NCBI GenBank assembly: GCA_028534125.1
Contig: CM052817.1
Location: forward strand, 94,614,001 to 94,678,000
Reading direction: 5' to 3'
DNA: 64,000 nt
Source of the DNA: Lama glama
Lineage: Eukaryota
The stretch's first letter is position 1. Every line of letters starts with the position of its first letter. Below are positions 26,846 through 38,770 of the stretch, piece by piece. The position numbers and the translations under genes are program-made. A model generated the notes under the pieces. That model ran no database searches, was not told the DNA's origin, and saw only the letters and a list, made by a program, of their open reading frames with translations.

Positions 26846-27399
26846 CTTAGATGCTTCTTTTGTCCTTCTAAGTTCCTGCCTGCAGGGTCCCTCATGGCCC
26901 AACCCTCTCTGGTATCAAAAGACTTTTCTCCTCAAACCTGAGTCCAGGACCTCTCTCAGCCAAGTTCCAGGAGGGGCACAAATTCCCTGGCACTTCCCTT
27001 CTGCCACATGCACAGGGCAGAGCTGACTCCATCCTCTGAAATCCCCAAAGAGATCATCATTAGCAGCAGTGGTCAAGGTTGTTGGCATGGAAACAGTGAG
27101 GCCTGAGGGCACATGAATGGGCTTCAGTAGCATCTGCTCATCTTCTCCTCTGGGAGAGAGAAGATGACCCTTTTCCTCCCAGGGAAGTAAAGTTACAAAT
27201 ACGGTAACAGTGATCTTATTATAACACTGTCTTCAATTCATGGTGCAGGACCCATCTTGTCTGTCATCCGTGGTTGAAGCGTTGAGATGGGGGCATCAGC
27301 AGGGGAGATAAGGTAGTTGGTGTCTATCCTATGATGCTCAGGCAGGGGAGGCCTCTCTCTGCAGGAACTAAGGGAGAAGCCTGAGTCAGGATACGGGAG

Positions 27400-27520
27400 A
27401 AAGGGTGAAGTGATATTTACTGGGGACGTCCTGAACTGTTGTTCTGGTTGTTTACAGCCAGCATCCTGATTGGCCAGTGCCTTCTACGTGCCGTTCAATA
27501 TTTTGAATATTAATCCCCTA
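27400..27520. mobile_element. Short hAT-type MITE remnant
   Basis: Degenerate inverted ends (gtgatatttac ... ttttgaatattaatcccct) around gttgtttacagcc..ctgattggccagtgcc. Confidence 0.4.
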
Positions 27521-30159
27521 GAAGGGTCCTGCTCATCACACTGGAGCTGGGACCTTAAAGAGTTGCCAAAACAGTGAAGAGGCCCTGGGGCAGACATGGG
27601 GATCTGGAATGCAGTAAAAGGCATCAAAGAAGAGGCAGTCAGGGTTGAGTGGATGAGTGGGTGGGTGGTCTGGGTAAATGCCTAAGATGAGAACCATTCT
27701 CTTTGGATGCGTTCATGTCTTTCTGCAGCGTGATATGTTGCTAGCTCAGGTAGTTTAAGGGGCCTGGGAAAGGGTCTGTAAGTTAGACATCCTAGAGACA
27801 AGACTGCCTTATTGTGGACTCTTTTTGATATTTCAGTCCATTAGAGAGTCCAGGTCATTCAGAACCTATAAAGAGAAAATTCCCCTGGGGACTATCATGA
27901 TGCAGATTCCATCCACAACAGGTGGGCAAAGAGTTGCGGGTGCCTCGGGGGTCCTATTGTCCTTTTGCCTGACCCACCAAGAGCATCTCTGCCAGGTAGA
28001 GGGGGCCAGAGCCCCTCCCTCTGAGTTTCCTAAGGATGACTTTAAGACTGAGTTTCTTTTTCTTTTTCTTTAAGCCTGCCCTCATCTTTCTTAGGTGCCT
28101 GGCTGAAAGCATGGACTAAGCTGGACGACAGGTAATGATGACAGTCAATGCTGTGGTAACGGAATATAAAGAAAAGGAGCAAAAAAGAAGCAAGTGAGTA
28201 ATGAAAAACAGATCATTTGGGTCCCACAATGAAACGTCTATGGGAATAGCGGGAACTAGAGTTAGGAAGCCCAAGGCGGAAATAATGAAGTCCAGGATAA
28301 GGGGCTGTCACAAGGCATTCCTTCTTGCTCCAGATAAGTTAAAACAGGTTGCAATGGTATAAAACATCACTTTGAATTCTCATCAAAGTTGGGAAACCAC
28401 TGTCTCAGGATTAGCGTTCCAAAGGTAGTCTGACCACTGTCGCTTCAAAACCGTGACTACGTCTAAAACAGGATGGCTTTAGCAGCCACTCTCCCAAAAT
28501 GGTTTCAACCCGATGAGGTTATGGTACGAAAACAATGCTAGAGCTGAAAAACTGGGTATATATTGTCTTTAGAAGAGAAGGAAATGACTACAAGCCTGGT
28601 AATAAATGTGGCAGCTTACTAGAAAGGCAGGTCTAAAGAATAAGGAAACTCATGTTAGAGATTAAATTGAAAGCAGGTGCCCGGCCTCTTTCATGGAGTC
28701 GTAGAGTCAGAACTGGAGGAGACCCAGGGGTAACTCACCCAATCCCCACATTTGATGTATCAGGAAACCCAGGTCACAAGAAAGGGACTCACGTGCTCAA
28801 TGCTCTTTCTTTCTCTTGCCTTTTTCACACTTACTCTGAAAGCGTAACCAGCTCTATTCAGATCTAAAGAAAGAACAGCATGGTTTTGTACTTCATAACA
28901 GCAACTGCTCTATTTATAAGGACCAGCTCTCTACGGACTCAGGAGAGACGGGCATCTCCAGTCCCATCTCTTCTCGCACCCGCTTTCATAAGGTGCATCT
29001 CTATGTGTTTCTTGCTCCACTACAAGGAAGAGAAGGGAGAATCTGGGTCCTAGTTTAAAAAAAAAAAATAAGTGTCCTTGTTTCTAGTGAAAGAAGTAAG
29101 GAGGAACGAAGTAGTGGTAAAATAATGCATTCAGACACATCGCCCAGCCTCGTTCTCCATGCTTTTCATAAAAGGAACCATGTCAAGGAAAAAGGGAAAG
29201 TTCTGGTCCCAGATCCTCCAGGTTCTAGGTTACAAAGCGTCACACAGGTGGTGATTTAATGCTGGTTTTCTATTTGCACAAAGCACAGCCCCACTGCTCA
29301 CGTCAGTGGGCTAGTGCCAAGACAGTTCATAGCCTTAGAAGGGCAAACTGAAGTTTTATCATTTTGTGTCAGTTGAAGACACAAGAGTTATTGAACTCAG
29401 TTTATCACGTACAGCCGGGTCTGCAGGGGTCTCAGCCTTCATGGGGTGTGCCTCTCCAGGAAACTGAGGCATGAAGGGAAGCTGTCCTCCAGTAAGACCC
29501 TTCCCTCCACACGGATTCAGGGGAAAAAAATCGAAATACATTGTAGCGCAATCATTAAATGTTCTGTTTATTTACTTAGTTAAAACGTTTCTAGGCTCTG
29601 CAAGGCACTCAGCTCTACACTTGGTAGCTCTCAATCACACAAAGCATCGCTTCTGACTCACAGTTGTCCAGCTCCTTAAACAGATAAAATTAATGCCTCA
29701 TCACTTAACAACTAAAATTTAGTAGAATGGAAACCTTCAGGATGAGGGGTTCTTAACAACAGGTGCCATGAAATGGCAAAGAAAATGCTGGGATTCATTA
29801 CTTGGAGTTACTTGCTTTAAAAGGTGACTGTTCTTTAGAACTGAGCTTGCAGTGTGTATATGAGGATGAAGCGATCTAACACGGGAGGTTTATGTACATT
29901 TTATTAAAGAGAAAGGAACTGCATAGATTATTTATCCATTCATACAATTTGTTCAAAAATATGTATTGAATTAGTCATACGCTACTCGAAATGTAGCATT
30001 TTTAAAAAACTTCTGAAGTTCAGGTTCGGTTTGTATTGTTTGCAAAGATAAGCCACTGTCAGACACAACTGTCATCAATAACACTTGCCCTAAAGGAACC
30101 ACCCAAGTCACAATTTAAGTGTGAAACCCCCAACAGAGATAAAGTGAGCCAGTGGGAAA

Positions 30160-30400
30160 GCACGTGTTATGGTGGTTCAGAGCCCTAATGATGGGGTCAG
30201 ATAACCTTGGCTTCTGGCCCTGTTCTGCCACTTACTAATGTTGGAGGACCTTGAGCACTGTGACTTGCCGGAGCCTGGGTGGTTTTCATCTCAAAAAGGA
30301 CTAACAGAGCATCTCTCTATCTTTTAGGTTGTTGTAAGGATTAAATTAGACCGTTGAGCAAAGTGGCTAGCACACAGGAAACAATAAATCCTCATGTATT
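30160..30400 (+). mobile_element. MIR SINE
   Basis: tctgccacttactaa..gaccttgagca...ggttgttgtaaggattaaattaga..aaagtggctagcaca. Confidence 0.8.
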
Positions 30401-30467
30401 TTGTTAGTAATAATACATTTTTCAGTCTCTCAGTGATTCAGATTAGAAAAGAAGGAAAAGTTTCCTT

Positions 30468-30473
30468 AAAAAA

Positions 30474-30529
<56 letters not shown>

Positions 30530-30530
30530 A
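30468..30530. repeat. A-run plus (GAAA)n microsatellite
   Basis: Direct reading. Confidence 0.95.
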
Positions 30531-30599
30531 GCTGCAGATCTCTTCTGAGGGACTCCTACAGCAAATATACCGTTTTTAAAATAAAAATTGCTGCCTGTT

Positions 30600-31025
30600 G
30601 ATGTCATGGTGTCAACATGACACAAGACATCAATCATGAAAAAAAGGAAAGAAAAACCAGAAGAATTGAAATCTTCATCCGTGACCCAGAAAACTTCCCT
30701 TGGGAGAGCTTAACAAGATAATAAAGAAAAGATTCACAGTAAAAAGATGCAGAAGTTGGAAAGTCATGTCTGAGAGAGACCTGTCACATGAATGGTGACA
30801 AATATTGGTTAATGGTGAGAGGAGGAGTCCAAAGAAATAATAAACTTTCCAGCCATGACTGATGACAGTATTACACCAGAAAGCTTGTAAGACAACAAAG
30901 AGGACCTTACTGTAAATCACTCCACATCATCAGGAGTCCCAGTAACTTGTGGAAGTCTTTCAGAAATGAGCACACTATTTTAGCAATTTAGTCCTAAGGA
31001 CTGCCAGACGACTTGAAGCATAGCT
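30600..31025 (+). mobile_element. Possible 3' end of an ancient RTE-clade LINE
   Basis: Across a frameshift, gttggaaagtcatgtctgagagagacc recalls the RTE C-terminal WxGHVxR motif. The end agtcctaaggactgccagacgacttgaagca resembles RTE/BovB 3' termini. Weak. Confidence 0.35.
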
Positions 31026-31479
31026 ACGCAAGAACGCTAATGCGCTCTTCAAAGAATGGAAAACTACCATGTATATAATTTTACTGCCCTCAATTTTTGG
31101 CCACCAGTCATTATATACTAAATAAATATTCACATTTAAATTGATATCCTGATTACCCAAAACATACAAAGTGGTACAGAATTCAAACATATACATAAAA
31201 ATTATCCAGTCCGGAACAATCACATATTCAAAACAAACATTATTTTCCTCAAGAAACTAAGGATAAGAAAGCATTCAAGTTGGCCGCTTACTCACTAATT
31301 TGATTGATGTGTGAAGTTAAGTAAATTGTCCAATTTCTCACTCGCCTTTTTTAGTCATGTTCTAGCTATGCAATGGAAAAATATAACCAGGTCAGAACAA
31401 GACAAGGGTGACAGGTCCAGCAGAGGTGGAACTGGGACAATTTGGGTACTAAGTAAAAGAGAAGAGATTGCGTGGGAAA

Positions 31480-31640
31480 AAAGAATCAAGGTTCCTGAGT
31501 TCGAATGTTAGATATCACACTAAATTTGTGGTTTCAGAAGTCACTTTATCTCTCAGAACCAAGACCTTCAGATATGCAAAACCAGGAGGTCAGATGAATC
31601 ATTTCTCAGGTTCCTTCCAACCCCACCACTCTGTGATTTC
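31480..31640 (+). mobile_element. MIR3-like fragment
   Basis: cctgagttcgaat...aagtcactttatctctcagaacc...ggtcagatgaatc..ggttccttccaac. Confidence 0.5.
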
Positions 31641-32574
31641 AGCTGTTCCCTTTGTTACCCATGTTATTCTTTCTGCTGCATCTTTCATCACCATCTTTAT
31701 GCCCTTACGGATAGAGATAAGGACTGGGTTGGGAAAGGGACACAAGGTGTTATTAAGACTGGATAGAGTAGTGACAGGCTGTAATGCAAAGTAAAAACCG
31801 CTCTGTTGACTATTCACTCCTCAGAAGTTGTCCTTACTCTTTTATCATATATCCAGTTCTTTGACATCCAACAGTGTGATAAATAGCTGCCGATACAAGT
31901 GCTTGAAATTATAGCAGATTTGTATACACCCAGCCCTCTGATGGCTTTCCCACTAGATCCAATGAAGGTGGTCAAAATTTCCGAATTTGTACATTTACCA
32001 CATTGCCCAAGCTCCATACATATGCCTAGACTGTATTCCTGCTGAAAGTTACATATTTCTTGTGTCTCAGACCACAAATGAATTATCCTTTTCACTGTCA
32101 CTACAGTTTTATCTCACGCTGACAGCTCTTGCCTTGGTTGGAGCAGTTAACAAAATAATTTTACAAATTACTTTTTATTCTAAAATGAGGCATAAGGTGG
32201 ATATATTTGCATCATGGCTCCAACTCACAAGCAAACTGACCTTCTGCCATGAGCATCTCACACTTCCACTGGCTGGATGAGAATCGTCACTTCCTAAGCT
32301 TTTCCACGTTTTCTCAATATCGGTCTATATCTATAGGACAAGCTCTTAGTTTTCTCTTCTAGCTCTTTCGTTTTTTTAATAGAAAATAAGCTCTTATTAA
32401 CTAATGAAAGTTAATCTATAGGTGGAACAGAAAACAATACAATTATAAACCTGTATTTGCATTACACAATCCATGATAACTGCTTCCTCACAAACTTAAT
32501 GGCCTAAAAGTGACATGAACCTCACAGATTTTGCAATTCACTCATTGTAAGTTCTTTCTTTATTTTTTTGACTT

Positions 32575-32770
32575 CTCACCAAACACCATGCACAGCACCA
32601 AGCATTTTAGCTTGCATTTCATTAAACTCAATCCTCTTGATAACCGTATGAGGTAGGTGTTATTATGACTCCAAGATGGGGTCCAGAAAGGTTCAGTAAC
32701 TGATTCAAGGTCACTCGTCACTGGTAACAGAGCCAAGACTTGACTTGAGCTCTGACTCCAAAGCCTCTCT
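32575..32770 (-). mobile_element. MIR SINE
   Basis: aatcctcttgataaccgtatgaggtaggtgttattat...aagtcac-like ttcaaggtcactc..gtaacagagccaagacttga..tctgactccaaagcc. Confidence 0.8.
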
Positions 32771-34449
32771 TTAACACGCTTTTTAGCAAAATTAGAGATT
32801 GCTACATGCCAGGCACCTCATGAATCACTTTCAAATCACTGATATTGCAAAATTACATTCACAAACGCCTAAATGTGCCATTCACTATTCTTCGTGGTGG
32901 AAATGATGTTACAGATGGTGATAAGAATGCAGCTGGCCCTGAAAACAATTTTATATGAAAAAACTATCAGTACACTCTAAACCTGAAGACTATTAGTGTC
33001 TACTAAGTGAGCGCAAAAATTATACTTATTCCCTTGTTAAATTGTAGACTGAAGTATGACTCTACTTTTCTATAAATTATAACAATTAAAAATGGCTTTT
33101 AAAAATGTTGCTTCTATCTGGTGTTTTGGTTATCAGTACAGACCATCTCACTGAAAAGCTATTTTCTCTTTGGCCTCTACCTACCTCTCCAACTTAATAC
33201 TTTGTACGTGACTCTGGCTTTGAATAAAGTATCCACCCCATCATGCTATCTTTGACTTTGGTCAAGATAAAAACACAATTGTTAATGCTGTAATTTTAAA
33301 GCAAGTTTCTAATTTTGGTACCAGGTGGTACAGTTCATTTTGCTTAGGAAAAAAAAAAAAAGAAAGGTTTTTCTCTGTAGAAAAGGATAAAAAAATCTTC
33401 AAAATTACTAGGTTAAAATTTCTTAAAGTCCAAAAAAGCAGTTTCTGTTTAATCCATGACTCCTCTACCCTTTAATGCTGGGCTGAGGAGCAGGGTGAGC
33501 TAGGGGATCTTTCTTTTGGTCTCAACCTCCCAAGCATTTGAGTCCAATTAACAGGTGGATAAGCAATTTATTTTTCTTAATAGAGTTATATGTCTGGAAT
33601 TCATTTAGTGGTTTTGAGGGAAACTAGAAAACAAGATTGCAAACAGGGTGGGAAAATAAGCCAGCAAAACCAAGATAATTTCCAGTTGAATTATGACCTC
33701 AAATGGATTCCGGAGACTGGAATTTCCATAATTCACAATCCTATTATTGGTTATTTCTGGAGTCTTTTGGGGCTGAGGGCAATATCCTCTGAAGAATCCC
33801 ACCTATTTCCTGCCCCATTGGTCTTTACCCTGGCAGTCCCCATTTCACTAATTAATTGTATTTTATATGCTAACAACTTCCTAGAAGGAATCGAGGTGGC
33901 TTGTTACACAGGCCTAAGAAATGGAATCATTAACTCAAGGAGAACACAAGGGGAAAAGGTGGTGTGATTAAAGGAAGAAACTGTTGTACCCGATAACAGC
34001 CTAGTTATTACAACTGAGCAGAAATGTAAGTTTTCGCATTCCCAGCAGTCACCGAAAGCATGTTAACACCACGTAGCGAGGATAAGTAAGAGTAAAACAC
34101 TTAAACCAGCTCTAGAAGAGCAACTGCTAAGAGAAAAGAGAGTTGGATCATAGGAAGTCAGGTGGAGGTGAGATACACATTGACAAGACACAGGCATCAC
34201 TCCGAACGAAAGGAGGAAAAGAATCCTGTTAAAAGGAAAATGAAAGACGTTAACACAACTGGAAATGTATGTTCCCTATGACTAAGGCCTCCCTTAAGAG
34301 CTTTCTGGATGCAATATTAATTCCAGACTGGGGCAGGAAGTAAGCAAATGTCACCCAAATGATCTGGAAGTTAATGCAACCTCCTAGCATATGATTTACT
34401 TTCAAGAAAACAATTTACTCTCAGATTCTGCCCAGAAAATTCACTTCAA

Positions 34450-35790
34450 AAAAATGGGAGAGGGAGTGAAAACTCTACAGATGCCCAAGCAGTTTCACCG
34501 CGGGGGTCCCACAGAGTCAGGGCCAATTACAGATAGAAGGAACGAGAACGCCACGCTTTCTGTCCATTTGGTGCTGCTGCCAAGTGAGCGGTGGGGGAGC
34601 GGGACTCCAGAGGCTCCCGGGGCAGTGCCGGCCTGTTTGGAGCTGCTCCTCCTTGACTTTCATGGGCCCCGCCCTCCCCAGCACATCTGGCAGGCGCTGT
34701 CTGGCACTGAACTTCGCCAAGCAGCCCATCGGGTCTGTCTGCAGCCTCCTGGGGTGGCGGGGTGGAGGGGGGCGGGGGGCAGGGACAAGGCGGCTTTTCT
34801 TAACCGTCCACTCCCTGGGCTTCCGAGCTCCCACTCGGTGTCTGCAACATCATTCTCTGCTAAGCATGAGACCTGCAGACAGGATGACACGTCCCAACAC
34901 GGGTCTGGTGTCCCAGATCTGCTCCGATGGCATGTTATTTCCGCACAATGAGAACACATGGGCCTTTGTGCGACGTGCATCTGGAAAACGTCCCAGATCA
35001 GGCATCTGCCCTCTGATTTACACCTTGCAGAATAAGGCTGACCTGCAGGAAAGCGGGCGAATCTATAAGCGGTGGGTGGGCTGTGCTCCCTCCCCCCACC
35101 CCTGCCGCCTTCTTATTCTGAGAAACAATCGTGGGTGTTCCCACCTCCCCAAAACACCCTCCCCTGAAAAAAAAAAAAAAGAGTGGCGGTGGGGTGGGGG
35201 CGGGGAGGGGAGAGCTGCTTCCTGGCTGAATAAAGCTGAAACACCTGTGTGCCAGAAACAGGCAGACCGAGACAGATCCATCTGCCCAGCGCGCTTCCCT
35301 TGGTTAGGGTGGGAAACCCACATCGCAGCAAGATTCCTTTGGTGCTCATTCTCCCACCCCCTTGCGATTCTTCTCACATTTCCCTCCCTCTCACTCGCCA
35401 TTCTGGACCCGAGGATGAACGTGCGATGCCAAAAACAACCGTGGGCTTGGACAAGGCCTGAAAGGCAGTTATATTTCAGGTGGTGTCTCCCCTCCATTCA
35501 CGACGCATCCTGCCCTTTTGATCTGGGCCGGCAGGACACAGAGGAAGGAAAAGGATACCATACTCAGTGCTCAGGGAACCTCTGTCGTTAAAACCGTTGT
35601 CCTTGATGTGACAGCTGTGGCTCTTTTGCTCAGGTGCAATGTGTGCAGTTTCCTTCGGCCTGAAGATAACTTACCGAGCGCGGACATGCCTGGTGGTGCA
35701 GCTGAGTTACTGGAGGTGTGACATCTGGCCAAGTGGCCTCATCAGAGCTCGTTCATGAACGCAGGAAAAACAACTGTCCTGAACTGCAAA
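34450..35790. promoter_or_regulatory. GC-rich, CpG-retaining regulatory block (enhancer or alternative promoter) with E-box cluster and G-tracts
   Basis: GC and CpG content visibly above the flanks. Five CATCTG, several CAGCTG/CACCTG/CAGGTG, G-run clusters at ~34752-34784 and ~35184-35210. Confidence 0.55.
35675..35783 (-). other. Candidate exon of a minus-strand transcript
   Basis: Consensus donor TCG|gtaagt (35675/35674) and a weaker acceptor tttgcag| (35784/35783). Contains an ATG at 35687 with G at -3. Confidence 0.35.
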
Positions 35791-36159
35791 TTCAACATTG
35801 CATTTAATAAATTGAATAGCATCACCATTTTTATTCTGGGGCTTTTATTTATACCTGGCTTTCTCTTTCCCTCACAGAGCACAGTGTCCTTAGAGGACAG
35901 AGAACGAGCACAAATTGCGTAGTACGGTATCTAACATGTGCAGGCAACTAATAACAGTTTGGCGAGAATAATATGTTAAGAGCTGGGCTGCGTTAGTGGG
36001 CCTTTAAACTGAATATTATGCAAATGAACTTTCTATACAGCTATAGAAAATATACTGGGTGGGGGATCGGGTGGATGTGGGGAAGAGATTGGGGTTATCA
36101 GTCGGGGCTGAAAATAAATGAGTCTTTAGATAAGAATAATTTGTTGTTGTTTTTGTTTT

Positions 36160-36398
36160 TAACACTTTTTATTTTGAGGTAACCTGAGATTTATAGAGGA
36201 GACACAGAGATAGTACAGAGTTCTCACAGACCCTACACCCAGCTTCCCCTAATATGAACACCTTAGGTAACCATGACATGCACCCCAACAAAGAAATGAA
36301 TATTGGTACAATACTGCTAATTCTGTGACAGACGAGTGAGATGTCACCAGTTTTTCCCCTAATGTCCTCTTTCTGTTCTAGGATCTAATCCAGGATTT
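36160..36398 (-). mobile_element. L1MC-like 3' end
   Basis: tttttattttgaggtaa...gatagtacagagttctca..cacccagcttcccctaat..caccagttttcccctaatgtcctctttctgttctaggatctaatccagga. Confidence 0.75.
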
Positions 36399-38429
36399 AG
36401 GTTTAGTTTAGCTTTAAATGAGGTATTTATTCTCAATAGGTATCTTACCGTTACATTCTCACCCTTTGAGGGAAGGAGTTCTCCCCGTTTGAAACTGTAA
36501 AAGGAGTTTTTAGAGAGAAGACAGGAGAGAAGGAGACAGGGAACAAGCCAAAGTGAAAAGATGAGGTTCTGTGATTTTCTTATTTTTTAATCTACCTGCA
36601 GGGAGAGCAGAATGACTTAGGGAAGTGGTTTTCCTGATGCTGCCTGTCTTCTCAGGCCTAGGAAAAATGAAAGGCCAAGTACTCTCTTTTGATAAACTTG
36701 TTAACCTCTAGTGGCCCAATAGCCAACCAGTCTAATGCAGCCCATTTCACAGATGGGGAAAATGAAGGCCTGCCTCCCTGAATGATGTGTTTAGGATTAT
36801 AAAGGCCTGCAGAACACAGACTAAGACTACCTCTATGGTTTGCTTAATGGGAAATGAGTTCAGCCCCGAAGTCTCAATTGCTAACCCTTATTACACAAAG
36901 TGACACTGATTTGCAGGGATACAAGGAAAATGCTTTTACAGGGAAAAATCTGGAGCAGGAACTGAAAATGGAGTCCCAGAGCACAACTGGGAGGTGGGAG
37001 GTGGTGGTGGGGGTCCATATTCCTGTAGTAATGAACTCCGGCTGGCATAGAGCTAAGTCTACTCTTTCTCAATTGTTTTAAGCTGCAGTCACCAGGGACT
37101 CTGACACGTGCGATGTTTGAAACCCAGTGACTTGGACTAGCCCGGGGTGTTCTGTGGTCCTTGGGGTACAAATGACTATCGAGGCACATTTTCAAAGGAC
37201 TCGCTGCATTTTGGACCCAGGCACCCGAGCCACAGACATCAGAGGGATCCACTTCTCAGTTGTGCACATTTGTGAGTCTAGCAGAAGCCAGCGTGCTGCA
37301 ACAGCCACAGCAGGTATTACGCTGACTGTAAAGACCATCCATCTTAGTCAAAATTACAAACAGGTCTCCTGTCTCCCTCCTCCCCCCTTCATCCATCCCC
37401 TGCCCTCACTGCCAAGGAATCGAGGTGGAGCAAAATGCGTTCATTCCTCTGCACCCAGAACGCTTCTGTCGCCTGGTAGGGGGACCCTCACTGCATCAAA
37501 GGGTCCTCTCCAGCCGGCAGCGTGTGGCAAAGAGAACTTTCACTCCATGGCCGGCTCTCTCCCTCTCTTTCCCTTTTTCTTTCTTTCACTATTAGGCATT
37601 CTTTTATAGTTTCAGATTAGCATTAAAGAACAGTCACACAGCGATTCACGGCAGCGATCAACAGCGGGGGGATAAAAAAAGGATACCTCCACAATAACTC
37701 TACAAAATGCACACACTGGCACGTTTTAAATGAGTCTTTAGTAACAGAGGGAAGGGGAAAAAAAAAAGCGTATGAGGTAAATCCTTCACCGGGTAACTCA
37801 CCAGGGAGACTGGCAAAAATAAATTGCACAGCTCTCATTTTCCTAGCAACTCCCATGCTATTCTTTGAAACTGAGTACGAACCCCTTGGCCTAATCCCAA
37901 GAGCCGATCTATAGTAAATAGTGCACACTTAATGCCTAAGTTCCTTTTTAGCACCATTCAGACAGTGACTTCAGCCGCAGAACTTAGTCATAGCAGACAT
38001 TTTTGTGGTGAAAGCATTAAACCCACATGCAGCTCTCTTTCTGTGGCCATGGGGGTCATGCTCCCTTCCCATTAGCTGAATAAATCATAAAGTCGGCTCA
38101 GACCACCCAAGGAGCACGACCAGAGAGCCACAGGCGATGCCTACAGCCGCTTATTTCTTTTCAGAATCTACAGGGGGAGGGAAAAAAAAAGCGCCGAAAA
38201 AGAAAAACAAGAAAAAACACTGCAAAACAGACGGGGCCGTAGGAAATCATTGGATTTTTTTTTTTTAAATTGGGATCTCTGGGAGAGTAACCCCGAGACT
38301 TGTTGTTTATTTGTTTATTTATTTTGTTCCAACCAGGGAGCCTGACTCAAGAAGGAAAGTAGTACAAAAATAAAGACCCAGGCATGCCTTTTGTCATAGG
38401 CTGGAGTTTGCTGACAAATTTTTCTCCCC

Positions 38430-38770
38430 CCGGTGGATTTTAAATTAAGGAAGGCCGCCCTGTGTGGCCGGGCTCTTCAGGTGGTTCTGATAAGACACGA
38501 TGCAGACGCTACCCCGGGGCCGGGCGGGGCGGGGCGGGGGGCGCTGCGCATCCGGCGAGGTGATGCGACCGAACCAGGATTTTAGCGAGGAAGCGAACGT
38601 GTTGTGTANNNNNNNNNNNNNNNNNNNNNNNNNNNNNNNNNNNNNNNNNNNNNNNNNNNNNNNNNNNNNNNNNNNNNNNNNNNNNNNNNNNNNNNNNNNN
38701 NNNNNNNNGAGGAGGGGGGGAGGAGGTATTGGGGTTTTTGACTTGCATTTTTAAAAAAGCGCCCTGAACT
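38430..38770. promoter_or_regulatory. CpG island / probable promoter with tandem GC boxes, core lost in the assembly gap
   Basis: Dense CpGs and ggggccgggcggggcggggcggggggcg (38516-38543, overlapping Sp/KLF GGGCGG boxes) lead into the N-gap. G-rich sequence follows it. Confidence 0.75.
38609..38708. other. Assembly gap (100 N, size probably nominal)
   Basis: Run of exactly 100 n. Confidence 1.

Noticed and set aside
486..26941. Short ORFs such as 486-689 and 26662-26850
   Set aside because: Antisense readings of L1 sequence. Most 60-120 aa ORFs in the track fall in repeats or have chance length.
34584..35591. Longest ORF in the window (335 aa, plus strand)
   Set aside because: Starts at GTG, runs through a poly-A tract (KKKK) and G-runs, has no recognisable domain, and overlaps many other ORFs in all frames. 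This is typical of GC-rich regulatory DNA.
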